Origin: an uncultured Marinoscillum sp.
Lineage (GTDB): Bacteria > Bacteroidota > Bacteroidia > Cytophagales > MED-G16
DNA: 64,000 nt
Assembly: GCA_902523065.1 (NCBI GenBank)
Contig: CABYXZ010000007.1
Location: 6,802-70,801, forward strand
Direction: 5' to 3'
Positions 1 to 10,223 of the stretch are shown here, piece by piece (positions within the stretch are counted from its first letter, which is position 1; each line of letters begins with the position of its first letter). The notes beneath the pieces were generated by a model. That model was not told the DNA's origin. It saw only the letters and a list, made by a program, of their open reading frames with translations, and did no database searches. Position numbers and translations under genes: made by a program.

Positions 1-227
1 CCTGAAGGGAGTCATTATTAAAGTCTCCAATTGCAACACCACCTCCATTATAGAAGTTTCTATATGTGTATGGATTTAGATTTTCTGTATAATTTAGAGT
101 ATTATTGAAATTAATATTAGACTTATCATTCGATATTAACTCAAATAATCTATTATCCTTAGTCTTGGAGCAAGCAGAAATAATAACAAATAATAAAATA
201 ATTTTCCTAAATGTCACAACAATTAAA
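1..227 (-). CDS. VCBS/FG-GAP repeat (CRTAC1 / ASPIC-UnbV-like) lipoprotein, N-terminal fragment running off the window
   Basis: Absent from the ORF track because it has a GTG start and is truncated. My translation of the minus strand from GTG at 227 is (M)TFRKIILLFVIISACSKTKDNRLFELISNDKSNINFNNTLNYTENLNPYTYRNFYNGGGVAIGDFNNDSLQ. It has a lipobox-like ISAC followed by the NFYNGGGVAxGDxNND motif typical of CRTAC1-family VCBS proteins, which often follow SusC/SusD pairs. Confidence 0.5.
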
Positions 228-242
228 TATTACGACAAAGAT

Positions 243-274
243 AAAAAAAAAGCAAGCGATAAAATCGCTTGCTT
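243..274 (-). terminator. Rho-independent terminator-like hairpin downstream of susD
   Basis: An 11-bp stem AAGCAAGCGAT / ATCGCTTGCTT (250-260 / 264-274) with a 3-nt loop. On the minus strand it is followed by a run of 8 T (243-250). Confidence 0.55.
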
Positions 275-309
275 TAATCTTAAGATATATTTTAACTAAA
301 TATAATCTA

Positions 310-1869
310 CTAGTAACCAGGATTCTGAGTCAACTTAGAATTTGCATTTAGCTGATCCTTTGGAATAGGGAAAAGATTATACTTCGAATCAGAAGCGTCT
401 TTTGCCCACCAAGCATCATTAAATTTACCAAATCTGATAAGAGATCTTCTCCTGTCATTCTCAACATACATTTCTCTACCTCTTTCTGCAAGAAGTTGAT
501 CTTCAGTAAGTGAGTTAAAAGGAGTAACACCAGCTCTTACTCTGATTTGATTTACAATTCCTAAAGCACCAGTAGCATCACCTGTTCTAAAGTGTGCCTC
601 AGCCTTACTTAGTAAAACATCAGCATATCTTAGAAGAACAAAATCATGATTCATTTGCTCTCTACCACCTTGAACGTGACCATACTTATTAATTCTAGCA
701 CCACACTGACGACATGCATCAGGATATATTTCATTTATAAAAGGTGTAAAATTAAGAGCAGTACCGTCATCATCACCATCTTCACCACCAGCTGAGTCAT
801 CAGCTCCCTGAGAACCAACTAAAAAGTTTGATAGTCTGCTGTCTAAGGTACCAGTAGCAGCACCTTTACCTTTAATCACATCACCTTGTGGACCAGGATT
901 GGTTGATGGGTCTACATATGAGTTGTAGAACTCTTCAACAGTAGCATATCCGTTCCACGGTTGGAATGTTAAATTAAATGTATTTTGACTAGCATAGTGC
1001 AAAGTCATTGCCACCCAGTTAAAACCAGTAGCAAACACTTCATCGTAAGGTACAACGAAGATGTTTTCAGATGAACCTTCGTTCTGTTCTTTAAAGTTAT
1101 CAGAGTAAACTGCCTCTAACGAATAAAGACCAGAATTTATAATTTCATCTGCATCAGCTTTTGCACCTGCCCATTGAGCAGTACCTGTGTAGACTTCAGC
1201 ATTTAACTGTAATTGCATTCTAACAGCAAGTGCAGCCCATTTGTTCATTCTACCATAAGTTGTAGCATCTTTCTTATCACTTAGAAGAGGTATGACAGCA
1301 TCAAGTTCAGACTTGACAAAGTTATACACTTCACTTCTCGTTGAGTTTGGTTTGGTCTCAGTATCAGTAAAGTCTGTTGATAAAGGAACATTTCCAAACA
1401 TGTCAAGAAGGTGAAAATAATAAAATGCTCTGATTGATCTTAACTCAGCTTCATAGGCATCAGCACCCTCAATACTACTAAACTGATATATCAGTCTGTT
1501 TACAGTATTAATTGCACCATATGCACTATTCCATGCATTGTTAAAAATACTATTATCTGCTTGGAACTCATGCTGATGTAACTGAAGTAAAATACCACCA
1601 TCGTACCAGTCACCACCTCTAGTAGGTATGACTAACTCGTCAGACGATAATTCATTTGCAGTCCAAATATTTGTATGACTTCCCCAGTGTGTCATAGAAG
1701 AGTAAGCCTGACCTAGTGCAGCGATATTTTCTTCATCAGTAGTGAAAAAATTCTCAGCAGCTAAATCACTGTACAACTCTTCATCAAGGTTAGTACAAGC
1801 AGGAACGATAAATATCATACCTACAACTAATAAACCTAACTTTTTCATATTTATTAATAAATTTTTCAT
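310..1869 (-). CDS. susD: SusD/RagB-family outer-membrane glycan-binding lipoprotein
   Basis: 519 aa. Lipoprotein signal (VPAC), TPR-like SusD hallmarks (AELRSIRAFYYFHLLDMFGNVPL; LLRYADVLLSKAEA) and position 11 nt downstream of a SusC gene. An alternative start MKKLG lies at 1848. Confidence 0.9.
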   Translation of the reverse strand: MKNLLINMKKLGLLVVGMIFIVPACTNLDEELYSDLAAENFFTTDEENIAALGQAYSSMTHWGSHTNIWTANELSSDELVIPTRGGDWYDGGILLQLHQHEFQADNSIFNNAWNSAYGAINTVNRLIYQFSSIEGADAYEAELRSIRAFYYFHLLDMFGNVPLSTDFTDTETKPNSTRSEVYNFVKSELDAVIPLLSDKKDATTYGRMNKWAALAVRMQLQLNAEVYTGTAQWAGAKADADEIINSGLYSLEAVYSDNFKEQNEGSSENIFVVPYDEVFATGFNWVAMTLHYASQNTFNLTFQPWNGYATVEEFYNSYVDPSTNPGPQGDVIKGKGAATGTLDSRLSNFLVGSQGADDSAGGEDGDDDGTALNFTPFINEIYPDACRQCGARINKYGHVQGGREQMNHDFVLLRYADVLLSKAEAHFRTGDATGALGIVNQIRVRAGVTPFNSLTEDQLLAERGREMYVENDRRRSLIRFGKFNDAWWAKDASDSKYNLFPIPKDQLNANSKLTQNPGY

Positions 1870-1880
1870 TTTAAAATAAT

Positions 1881-4796
1881 TTATAAAGTTATATTAAGAC
1901 CTAAAGTAAAGGTTCTTGCTCTAAAGTAAGTCTCTCTCCTCTCAATTCCTTGAGCAAGAGGATCACCATAATCAGTCCACCTAGAGACAGGGTCTATACC
2001 CTCGTATCCAGTTATCATGATTGGTCTTTGAGCAGAAACATATACTCTTAAGTTTTTCATAAACTTTGTTACATCTTTTAAGTTATAACCAACAGTTATG
2101 TTGTTTAACTCAAAGTATGTAGCATCTTCCACGTGAGAACTGTTAGCAGCAGCTGCAGTAAGATCCGGGTTGTAATAGCTTGTATTTACAACGTTCCAGT
2201 TTCCAACAACAGTTGGGCCAGCATTCTCATAAAAACCTCTGAACGAGTTGAATAGGTCGTGACCAAATTCACCATTCCAGAACATTGAAATATCAAGGTC
2301 CCCGATATTGAATGTATTATTCCATCCAAGTGTGAAGTCAGGTAATCCATTACCGATAACTTCTCTGTCATCATCACAGTTACAGTATGTTCCGTCACCG
2401 TCAAGGTCAGCAAATTTGAAAGTTCCATCAGCATTTATCCCTTCATATCTAGGCCCCCAAATTTGTCCTAAGGTTTCACCTTCAACTACTCTGACTAATG
2501 ACACATCACTCTGTCCGGGTGATCCCATACTAGCTCTGTAAAGAACACCACCACTAAATGATAAGTCACCCTGTGTCCAGCTCAATAACTCACTAGTACT
2601 TGTACCAAATACAACTCCAGTTGTCCAGTTAAAGTTATTAGAGTTTGAGACGTTAAAGTTAACATTAGCCTCAAAACCAGCATTCCTTGTTGTACCAATA
2701 TTTAATAGAGTCTGCCCGACAAGATTTGGTGGAACTGGTACGTTCACACTTAACAACTGATCTTTTGTCTCTCTAGTAAAGTATTCAACAGAACCAAATA
2801 ATCTTGAGTTAACAAATGCAAAATCTACACCTACGTTTAAGTGAGTTGCAATCTCCCAAGCCAAGTCAGGGTTCGCATTACTTGTAGGTCCATAACTTGA
2901 GGTATATGCACCATTGTAGTAGAAGTTACCAGCAGGAGCAAATCTCTGTAATGAGATGTAAGAACTTCCTGGCTCGTTACCAGTCTGTCCGTAACTAACT
3001 CTCAATTTTAAATTATCAATCGCATCAGTGTCAAGTAAATTGTGAAGACTAACGCCACCACCGAGTCCATAGAACGTAGCCCATTTGTTGTTAGCTCCAA
3101 ACCTTGAAGAACCTTCATATCTTAAACTAGCATTCAAGAAGTAAGTGTCATCATAGTTTAGGTTTACTCTCGCTAAACCAGCAATTAATTTATTAGAATT
3201 AGCCCAACTCCAAACAGATCCTAATCCGTTATTGAAATCAGCTGAAGCACCTAAGTTATGGTATGAAAAAGCATCAGTTAAGAAATCACCACCTTCGGCG
3301 TGGTAACCTTCGTTGAAGAATTCTTGATAAGAATATCCAACTAAAGCATTAATGCCAAGGTCACCGGCTTGACCAGCATAACCTAGCGTTCCCTCTAATA
3401 GATCATTAGTATACTGTTGATTATCGGTTATTGCTAGACCATTTCTATCTGATCCTCTGAATCTTGCCGTCTTTTTGTAGTATTGACCTCTCTCAACATC
3501 AGTTATTTGTCTAGAATATGAAAGTGATGCGTTAAGACCCTCAGCTATTGCGCTAAGATCTAAAGACGCCTTAAGTGAACCCAAGAAAATATTATCATTA
3601 CCCTCGTTTATATTTTGTGTAACAATTGAAACAGGGTTAACATAATCAAAAATAGTTCTCTCGTGGTAGCCACCATATATTGAGTTTGGATCGTACACAG
3701 GCATTGTTGGGTTAGATTTAAGTGCTTCTCTAAAACCTTCATTACCAAATCCGTAGCTTGCATCCTTGTTAGTATAAGAAACACCTACATCTATAGTCAA
3801 CTTACCATCCATACCCTTTTGCGATAGATTAACGGCAGTGTTAAGATTATTATTTCCTGTACCTAATAGGATACCTTCTCTCTCTCTGTAATTAACAGCT
3901 ACTCTGTATGTAGTATTTACTGTACCACCAGAAACTGATATATTATGAGTTTGAGACACACCATCTCTTGTTACAAGGTCTAACCAATCAGTAGATGCCC
4001 CAAAGTCAACAGCACCCGGAAGTGCTCTATACTCGTCAGCAGTCATAACACTAATTGTATTAGCCATTTGATCAACAGATGTAGATACATTGTATTCAAC
4101 TTTAAAGTCATTGACCATACCTCTCTTAGTTGTTACTAAGATCACACCACTAGAACCTCTAGTACCGTATATAGCAGCAGCTGCACCGTCTTTGATTACG
4201 TCGATTGACTCTATATCATTTGGATCAACCAAGTCTAGGTTTCCACCAATAACTCCGTCAATTACAACCAAAGGAGATGCGTTAGCACCAACAGTTGAAA
4301 TACCTCTCAGCCTTAGTGTAAATCCACCGTTTGGATCACCACCTGGCTTTGTAATAGATAAACCTGCAACTTTACCCTCAAGAAGACCCATTGGATTACT
4401 TACTAATCCTTTATTGAAATCTTCCTCATTGAGGCTAGTAACAGCACTGGTTATCTCTTTTCTTTCTTGTGTACCGTAACCGGTAACAACAATCTCATCA
4501 AGAGCGGCAATATCCTCTGCAAGAGAGATATTGATCTCCGATTGAGATCCCACAGCAATTTCAATGGTTGAATATCCAACATATGTTACAACTAGGACAT
4601 CATCCGACGAAGCATTTAATGCAAAGTCACCGTTCATATCCGTTATTGTTCCATTAGAAGTGCCTTTAATAACAATATTGGCACCTGGGATACCTTCACC
4701 ATTTTCATCTGTAACTTTACCAGTTACAGCACTTTGAGCTAAAGCATAGCTCATACCTGAAATAAACATCAGGACTAATAGTAAAAGCTTTCTCAT
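1881..4796 (-). CDS. susC: SusC-family TonB-dependent outer-membrane transporter
   Basis: 971 aa. Signal peptide, an N-terminal carboxypeptidase-regulatory-like domain (VTGKVTDENGEGIPGANIVIKGT), a plug motif (VVTGYGTQERKEITSAV; IYGTRGSSGVILVTTKRG) and a C-terminal beta-barrel ending in an aromatic-rich strand. Confidence 0.92.
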   Translation of the reverse strand: MRKLLLLVLMFISGMSYALAQSAVTGKVTDENGEGIPGANIVIKGTSNGTITDMNGDFALNASSDDVLVVTYVGYSTIEIAVGSQSEINISLAEDIAALDEIVVTGYGTQERKEITSAVTSLNEEDFNKGLVSNPMGLLEGKVAGLSITKPGGDPNGGFTLRLRGISTVGANASPLVVIDGVIGGNLDLVDPNDIESIDVIKDGAAAAIYGTRGSSGVILVTTKRGMVNDFKVEYNVSTSVDQMANTISVMTADEYRALPGAVDFGASTDWLDLVTRDGVSQTHNISVSGGTVNTTYRVAVNYREREGILLGTGNNNLNTAVNLSQKGMDGKLTIDVGVSYTNKDASYGFGNEGFREALKSNPTMPVYDPNSIYGGYHERTIFDYVNPVSIVTQNINEGNDNIFLGSLKASLDLSAIAEGLNASLSYSRQITDVERGQYYKKTARFRGSDRNGLAITDNQQYTNDLLEGTLGYAGQAGDLGINALVGYSYQEFFNEGYHAEGGDFLTDAFSYHNLGASADFNNGLGSVWSWANSNKLIAGLARVNLNYDDTYFLNASLRYEGSSRFGANNKWATFYGLGGGVSLHNLLDTDAIDNLKLRVSYGQTGNEPGSSYISLQRFAPAGNFYYNGAYTSSYGPTSNANPDLAWEIATHLNVGVDFAFVNSRLFGSVEYFTRETKDQLLSVNVPVPPNLVGQTLLNIGTTRNAGFEANVNFNVSNSNNFNWTTGVVFGTSTSELLSWTQGDLSFSGGVLYRASMGSPGQSDVSLVRVVEGETLGQIWGPRYEGINADGTFKFADLDGDGTYCNCDDDREVIGNGLPDFTLGWNNTFNIGDLDISMFWNGEFGHDLFNSFRGFYENAGPTVVGNWNVVNTSYYNPDLTAAAANSSHVEDATYFELNNITVGYNLKDVTKFMKNLRVYVSAQRPIMITGYEGIDPVSRWTDYGDPLAQGIERRETYFRARTFTLGLNITL

Positions 4797-5029
4797 ATTT
4801 GCTTTATTATAGTTTAGTTTAAAAATTTAACTTAATTCAATTAAAATTAAATTATTGACTGTCCAACAAGTTACTTAAATCAGACAAACTTAGAATTAAG
4901 CTGTCATGTAGTTTAGTACTGGTTTGGTCGTCGACAACAATTAATTAGTTAACTCCTACAAAATTGCAACAATTTTTTGATAATTAAAAACTAATTATTA
5001 CCAAAATATTATCAAATAATCATGTCATT

Positions 5030-6058
5030 TTATGAACCGAGATCTTTCAATGTTTTTTCCCATTTCCAAGCAGATTTCATCATTTCATCAAGATTTCTTT
5101 CTGCCTTCCAGTTCAGTTCATTTCTAGAAAGATTTGTATCAGAATAAATCTTTTCAATATCTCCCTCTCTCCTACTAACTATTTCGTAAGGTAATTTAAT
5201 ATTGTTGACCTTCTCAAAAGATTTAATAACCTCTAGAACCGAATGTCCTTTTCCCGTTCCTACATTAAAAAACTCATAAAATTTCTTTGATTTTTTTTCT
5301 ATCAACCTATTGAGAGCTTGTACATGAGCATTAGCAAGATCAACAACATGGATATAATCTCGAACAGGTGTACCATCTGATGTATTGTAATCCTTTCCAA
5401 AAACTTTGAGTTTTTTTCTTTTTCCTATTGCCGATTGGGTTATGTAAGGAATTAAATTGTCAGGGATACCCCTTGGAAGTTCTCCAATCAATGATGAATT
5501 ATGCGCTCCTACTGGATTAAAATATCTTAGACTAATCCCATGCTTTCTTTTTTCATCGCTAAACTTCTCTATTAATTTCTCACAAATTTGTTTAGTTTCT
5601 GCGTAAGGTGATTCAGGTTTTTTAAATGGTGAGTTTTCGTTGACTGGTAGATTATCAGGTTGTCCGTAAACGGTACAAGAAGAAGAAAAAACAATGCCAG
5701 ATAAATTTTGAGATTCAATACATTTTAAAATATTCTTTAATGAATCTAGATTATTTTTCATGTACTTATCAGGATATTTAACTGATTCATTAACTGATTT
5801 TAGTGCTGCAAAATGAATAACGAAATCAAAATTATTTTCTTTGAAACATTCACTTGTTTTTTTATAGTTAGTGATATCAAATTCATAAAAAGGAATTTTC
5901 TTTCCTGTAATTTTTTCAATTCTTTCCAGTATGAATTTTTCAGAATTAATAAGGCTATCAATTATTGTTACATTATAACTATTATTAATTAACTCAACAC
6001 TGGTATGAGAACCTATATAACCAAGTCCCCCAGTAACAAGAATATTTGCTTTATTCAT
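5030..6058 (-). CDS. galE: UDP-glucose 4-epimerase
   Basis: 342 aa. Rossmann motif VTGGLGYIGSH, the catalytic YxxxK (SPYAETKQICE), and the length and end-to-end pattern of GalE. Confidence 0.9.
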   Translation of the reverse strand: MNKANILVTGGLGYIGSHTSVELINNSYNVTIIDSLINSEKFILERIEKITGKKIPFYEFDITNYKKTSECFKENNFDFVIHFAALKSVNESVKYPDKYMKNNLDSLKNILKCIESQNLSGIVFSSSCTVYGQPDNLPVNENSPFKKPESPYAETKQICEKLIEKFSDEKRKHGISLRYFNPVGAHNSSLIGELPRGIPDNLIPYITQSAIGKRKKLKVFGKDYNTSDGTPVRDYIHVVDLANAHVQALNRLIEKKSKKFYEFFNVGTGKGHSVLEVIKSFEKVNNIKLPYEIVSRREGDIEKIYSDTNLSRNELNWKAERNLDEMMKSAWKWEKTLKDLGS

Positions 6059-7170
6059 ATACTTAATTTTAACCCTTTAGATACATCAATTATATGACAT
6101 TCTAAACTAATAGAAAATTTCTCCTGATAACGTCTTGATATATTTTTTATATACCCTTCAGTATCATCTTTTTCTATCAAATTAATTACACATCCACCAA
6201 AGCCACCACCCATCATTCTTGATCCTATGACGTAACTTTTCTTAGTTGAATATTCAACTAAAAAATCTAACTCTTTACAACTAACCTCATATAAATTTTT
6301 TAGGCCAAAATGTGATTCATACATTAATTTTCCAAGAGAAATCATGTCATTATCAAGAAGATTTTTATATGCATCTCTCACTCTTTTCTGTTCCTCAATA
6401 ACATAAAGAGCTCTCTTAAAAATATTTTTTTGAAACTCAGACTTCAAATTTTGTAAGACATCAGATGGTACATCAACAAGATACTTGTATTTATTTTTTT
6501 TCCTATTTATTATTTCTAAGGCCTCAGAGCACTCAAGAACCCTGTCATTATATGAAGTTTCAGATAAATTATGTTTTACGTTAGTATTCAGTAGTAAAAT
6601 CTGGTACTTATTAAAATTAGCATCAACATACTTATATGAAAGATCACTGCAATCGAGAAGAATTAATTTATTTTCTTTACCGTTAATGATAGTAAACTGA
6701 TCCATTATCCCTCCTTTGACTCCAATAAACTCATGTTCAACTTCTCTCGCTATTTGAATAATTTCTTCATTACTAATATCAAGTGAATTTATTGACGAGA
6801 TGCCTTTAAGCACACCGCATATCAAGGAGGAAGATGAACTTACTCCCGCACCAACTGGTAAATTTCCGCCAATAACACAACTAAAATTAACTAACCGAAC
6901 TTGTCTCTTAGTTATCAAGTTTTCAAGAACTCCTATAATATAATTGTGCCATCCCACATCACTTTTTTTGATGGAATCAATATTAATTTCAAAAGATTCG
7001 TCAAACAACTTAGATCTTACTACAGAATTATTTCCTTTTGAAATTTCTATTTCTATGATCAACTTTTTATTTGTTGCAGCTGGCATTACCAATCCACCGT
7101 TATAATCAATATGTTCTCCTATCATATTTATCCTACCCGGGGACTCAATGATTACTTTCTTATTCATCAT
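6055..7170 (-). CDS. galK: Galactokinase
   Basis: 371 aa. Galactokinase signature GRINMIGEHIDYNGG, GHMP kinase motif PVGAGVSSSSS, and a 4-nt overlap with galE. Confidence 0.9.
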   Translation of the reverse strand: MMNKKVIIESPGRINMIGEHIDYNGGLVMPAATNKKLIIEIEISKGNNSVVRSKLFDESFEINIDSIKKSDVGWHNYIIGVLENLITKRQVRLVNFSCVIGGNLPVGAGVSSSSSLICGVLKGISSINSLDISNEEIIQIAREVEHEFIGVKGGIMDQFTIINGKENKLILLDCSDLSYKYVDANFNKYQILLLNTNVKHNLSETSYNDRVLECSEALEIINRKKNKYKYLVDVPSDVLQNLKSEFQKNIFKRALYVIEEQKRVRDAYKNLLDNDMISLGKLMYESHFGLKNLYEVSCKELDFLVEYSTKKSYVIGSRMMGGGFGGCVINLIEKDDTEGYIKNISRRYQEKFSISLECHIIDVSKGLKLSI

Positions 7171-7206
7171 ACTAATATAAACATCCTATTTTGTTGTCAT
7201 TGAAAC

Positions 7207-7241
7207 AAAAAAAAAGACAGAATAAATATCCTGCCTTTTTT
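7207..7241 (-). terminator. Hairpin terminator between the NTF2-like lipoprotein gene and galK
   Basis: Stem AAAAGACAG / CTGCCTTTT pairs at 8 of 9 positions, with a 10-nt loop. It is flanked by an A-run and a T-run, so it could terminate in either direction. Confidence 0.4.
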
Positions 7242-7258
7242 CTGTAATTAAAAAAAAA

Positions 7259-7756
7259 TTATTCTTCCAGCTGATCAAATACACCTCCTAAATCAAAGTA
7301 TTCTAAGTCAGCAGTAATTTTTCCCTCCTCATTAAATTGAGTTACAGAATAGTACTTGGTTGTTGTCTGTTTTCCAGATTTATGAGTGCCATAGAATGTG
7401 CCATATGTTCTTACCGAACCATCAGGAATAAAGTCTTCGCCAACTCCTGGATAGTATTGCCTATTTTCAAAACGAAAGGCTTCAAATTCAGACATCCAGC
7501 CAGCCATACCTTCTCTAAATGCTGCTTTTGAAAGGGTGTCGTTTGTACTTGCAGGCGACCATATAAGATCTTCCGAGTGCATGTCCATCATACCATCAAG
7601 ATCTTTAGCTATAAATAGGTTGAAGGTTTTGTCTGCGATAGCTTTATTTCTTTCAAATTTAGCCATACCAGCATCAAATGCACTGGTGTCACATGTCTGT
7701 TGTGAGCATGAGGCCAAAACCACAATAATCAAAAATATGTTTACTATATATTTCAT
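7259..7756 (-). CDS. Small lipoprotein, NTF2/SnoaL-like fold (function unknown)
   Basis: 165 aa. Lipobox LASC. Its size and alternating hydrophobic pattern resemble SnoaL-like/NTF2 domains. It appears to be a paralogue of the adjacent gene. Confidence 0.45.
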   Translation of the reverse strand: MKYIVNIFLIIVVLASCSQQTCDTSAFDAGMAKFERNKAIADKTFNLFIAKDLDGMMDMHSEDLIWSPASTNDTLSKAAFREGMAGWMSEFEAFRFENRQYYPGVGEDFIPDGSVRTYGTFYGTHKSGKQTTTKYYSVTQFNEEGKITADLEYFDLGGVFDQLEE

Positions 7757-7783
7757 ATTAAAAATTTAAATTAAAAAAATTCT

Positions 7784-8347
7784 TTATTGAGCAATCTGTT
7801 TCTCTAAACCATCTGCATTAAACCAGTCGTTAAATCTCACAATTTTACCTGCAGAATTAAAGTTTATTATTGCATACCACTTGCTAAAAGTTTCTTTTCC
7901 TGTTTCAGTATGGGTCGAATTCCATGTACCATATACCCGTATATTATTTGGATTTATACTTGGCTGAGAGGAAGACTCTGAACCGTCTGATCTGAAATTA
8001 GATCCTCCCCAGAAACCGTTTACTACATTTTCATTAGGAAGGTTAATACCAGGTGTAAATGATATATTATCATATTCTGTAAAATATTCTTCAAAGGTTT
8101 GAATCATTGCATCTTTATCTAACCACTCATAACCGTTATAAACTGGAGGGCTCCATAGTACTGTATCAGCAAACATGCTCATCAATTTTTCCATATCTTC
8201 GTTTCTAAAATGTTCAGTAAATTCCATGAAGGAACTTACGTTTGATTTAAAGGTTGCCTCATTGTCAACTGCATTAAGCTCTTCTTTAACATTTGGAGTG
8301 CACCCATATATTAATAATACTAATAATGTAATTTGAAGTAGTTTCAT
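7784..8347 (-). CDS. Small lipoprotein, NTF2/SnoaL-like fold (function unknown)
   Basis: The track ORF is 7784-8374. The internal start MKLLQITLLVLLIYGC at 8347 gives a canonical lipoprotein signal. It shares motifs with the 7259-7756 product (LIWSP/VLWSPP, RxYGTxxxTHxxxGKxT, and a C-terminal GKI ... F). Confidence 0.45.
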   Translation of the reverse strand: MKLLQITLLVLLIYGCTPNVKEELNAVDNEATFKSNVSSFMEFTEHFRNEDMEKLMSMFADTVLWSPPVYNGYEWLDKDAMIQTFEEYFTEYDNISFTPGINLPNENVVNGFWGGSNFRSDGSESSSQPSINPNNIRVYGTWNSTHTETGKETFSKWYAIINFNSAGKIVRFNDWFNADGLEKQIAQ

Positions 8348-8426
8348 TTGAAATAGTTTTTTACTTTGATGCAAAAGTAAATAATTTTGTATTAATTGAT
8401 GATATAGGATACTTTTGCCCTCTATT

Positions 8427-10223
8427 ATGTTTGGAAAAAATAAAAATATTTTAACTTTTTTTTTAATTTTTTATTTAGCGATAAGCACATCTGTTGCTCA
8501 AAAAAACTATATTCTCCCAGAACCTCAAAGTATAACTTTTCCTGAAACTGAAAAACCAGGGTTTCGACTTTCAAAGAAGACATCACTAAGTGTCACTGGA
8601 TCAAGCCTTACCAATCCAAAGATCACGGATTTTATTAAATTTATAAAAAATGAAACTGGCTTCGAGGTATCGACATCAAAACAAAATAAAAAATCTAATA
8701 TTGAACTTGTTGTAGATGAGAATATACATAACCTTGGCGACGAAGGATATAAAATTTCAATCATACCAAACGAAAACTTAAAAGTTCATGCAACTACAGA
8801 AAATGGTCTCTTTTATGGTATTCAGTCACTTAAACAGATTATTCATTTTACAAAAAGAGAGAGAGATGAAGAGAATTTTAATGATTTTGATGTTGAAATA
8901 GAAACTGAAAAAATCGAATCAAAGAGTTCAAATGTTAATGATTTTAATGCAGCTAATATTACTACTAAAGGGTATAAGAACATAAACGAGACTGCACATT
9001 TTTATGGTAAAGAAGAAGTACAAAAGAAGACATTAGATATATACAATATCTCGTCCATGATTGTAGAAGACTACCCAAGGTTTTCATACAGAGGGATGAT
9101 GCTCGATGTCTCTAGGCATTTTATGCCGGTTGATTTTATCAAGAAATTCATTGATATAATTGCTTTACACAAGATGAATAAATTTCATTGGCATTTGACC
9201 GATGATCAAGGTTGGAGAATTGAGATAAAAAAATATCCAAAATTAACAGAAATAGGTTCCTACAGATCTGAAACTTTGAAAGGTCATTACCGATTTGCCG
9301 GAAATAATCCTAAGTACGATGGTATACCTCACCAAGGATTTTACACGCAAGATGAGATAAAAGAAATAGTACAATATGCTACTGAAAAATATATTGAAAT
9401 AATTCCAGAAGTTGACATGCCAGGTCATACATCGGCACTTATAGCTTCTTATCCTGAGTTTGGAACAAATAGTAAAAAAGTTGAAGTTAAAAGAATTTGG
9501 GGAGTACAAGACGAAATTCTTAAACCGACAGAAAATACATTTTCTTTTATAGAAGATTTAATAGTAGAGTTAAAAGATATATTCCCATCAGAATATTTTC
9601 ATATAGGTGGAGATGAAGCAAAGAAGACACAATGGGAAAATTCTTCTGAGATTCAAGAGTTAATGAAAAAATTAGAGATTGAGGATGTTGACAGCCTTCA
9701 AAGCTATTTCACAGGTAGAGTTGAGAAAATTTTATCAAAATATGGTAAAAAACTGATAGGTTGGGATGAAATTATTGAGGGAGGACTTAATGAAAATGCT
9801 ATTGTAATGTCATGGAGAGGAGAAGAGGGAGGGATCACAGCAGTGAAAGCTGGAAATAAAGCAATTATGACCCCAACATCACACATGTACTTCGACTATT
9901 ATCAGGCCAAAACTGGTGAACCAATTGCTATAGGTGGGTTAATTGACCTTGAAAAAGTGTATTCATACGAACCTGTACCAAGCGGTATCGATTTAAATGA
10001 GGCGAGTAGAATAATGGGTGCTCAGGGAAATATATGGACTGAATACATAAAAACTCCTGAGAAAGTTGAGTATATGGGTGTGCCTAGAATGACTGCACTC
10101 AGTGAGGTTGTTTGGTCAAAAAGAAAAAACAGAGATTTTAACGAGTTTAAAACTAGACTTAATTTTTACAGATACTTTCTAGATTTAAATAAAATAAATT
10201 ATAGAGAAAAAAGTTTTCAATAA
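8427..10223 (+). CDS. Beta-N-acetylhexosaminidase (GH20)
   Basis: GH20 catalytic-domain motifs RGMMLDVSRHF, FHWHLTDDQGWRIE and HIGGDE (the D-E catalytic pair). The track start is TTG at 8415. ATG at 8427 gives the signal peptide MFGKNKNILTFFLIFYLAISTSVAQ. Confidence 0.88.
   Translation: MFGKNKNILTFFLIFYLAISTSVAQKNYILPEPQSITFPETEKPGFRLSKKTSLSVTGSSLTNPKITDFIKFIKNETGFEVSTSKQNKKSNIELVVDENIHNLGDEGYKISIIPNENLKVHATTENGLFYGIQSLKQIIHFTKRERDEENFNDFDVEIETEKIESKSSNVNDFNAANITTKGYKNINETAHFYGKEEVQKKTLDIYNISSMIVEDYPRFSYRGMMLDVSRHFMPVDFIKKFIDIIALHKMNKFHWHLTDDQGWRIEIKKYPKLTEIGSYRSETLKGHYRFAGNNPKYDGIPHQGFYTQDEIKEIVQYATEKYIEIIPEVDMPGHTSALIASYPEFGTNSKKVEVKRIWGVQDEILKPTENTFSFIEDLIVELKDIFPSEYFHIGGDEAKKTQWENSSEIQELMKKLEIEDVDSLQSYFTGRVEKILSKYGKKLIGWDEIIEGGLNENAIVMSWRGEEGGITAVKAGNKAIMTPTSHMYFDYYQAKTGEPIAIGGLIDLEKVYSYEPVPSGIDLNEASRIMGAQGNIWTEYIKTPEKVEYMGVPRMTALSEVVWSKRKNRDFNEFKTRLNFYRYFLDLNKINYREKSFQ

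Noticed and set aside
105-299. Track ORF of 64 aa on the plus strand
   Set aside because: The product is low-complexity and AT-driven. The ORF overlaps a much more convincing minus-strand CDS (VCBS/CRTAC1-like N-terminus with lipobox) and also spans the susD terminator hairpin.
2186-4479. Several 77-129 aa ORFs nested in or antisense to susC (2186-2434, 2308-2541, 4090-4479)
   Set aside because: They lie entirely within a confidently called 971-aa SusC gene. Their products are Pro/Ser/Leu-rich, as expected from antisense or shifted-frame translation, and carry no recognisable motifs.
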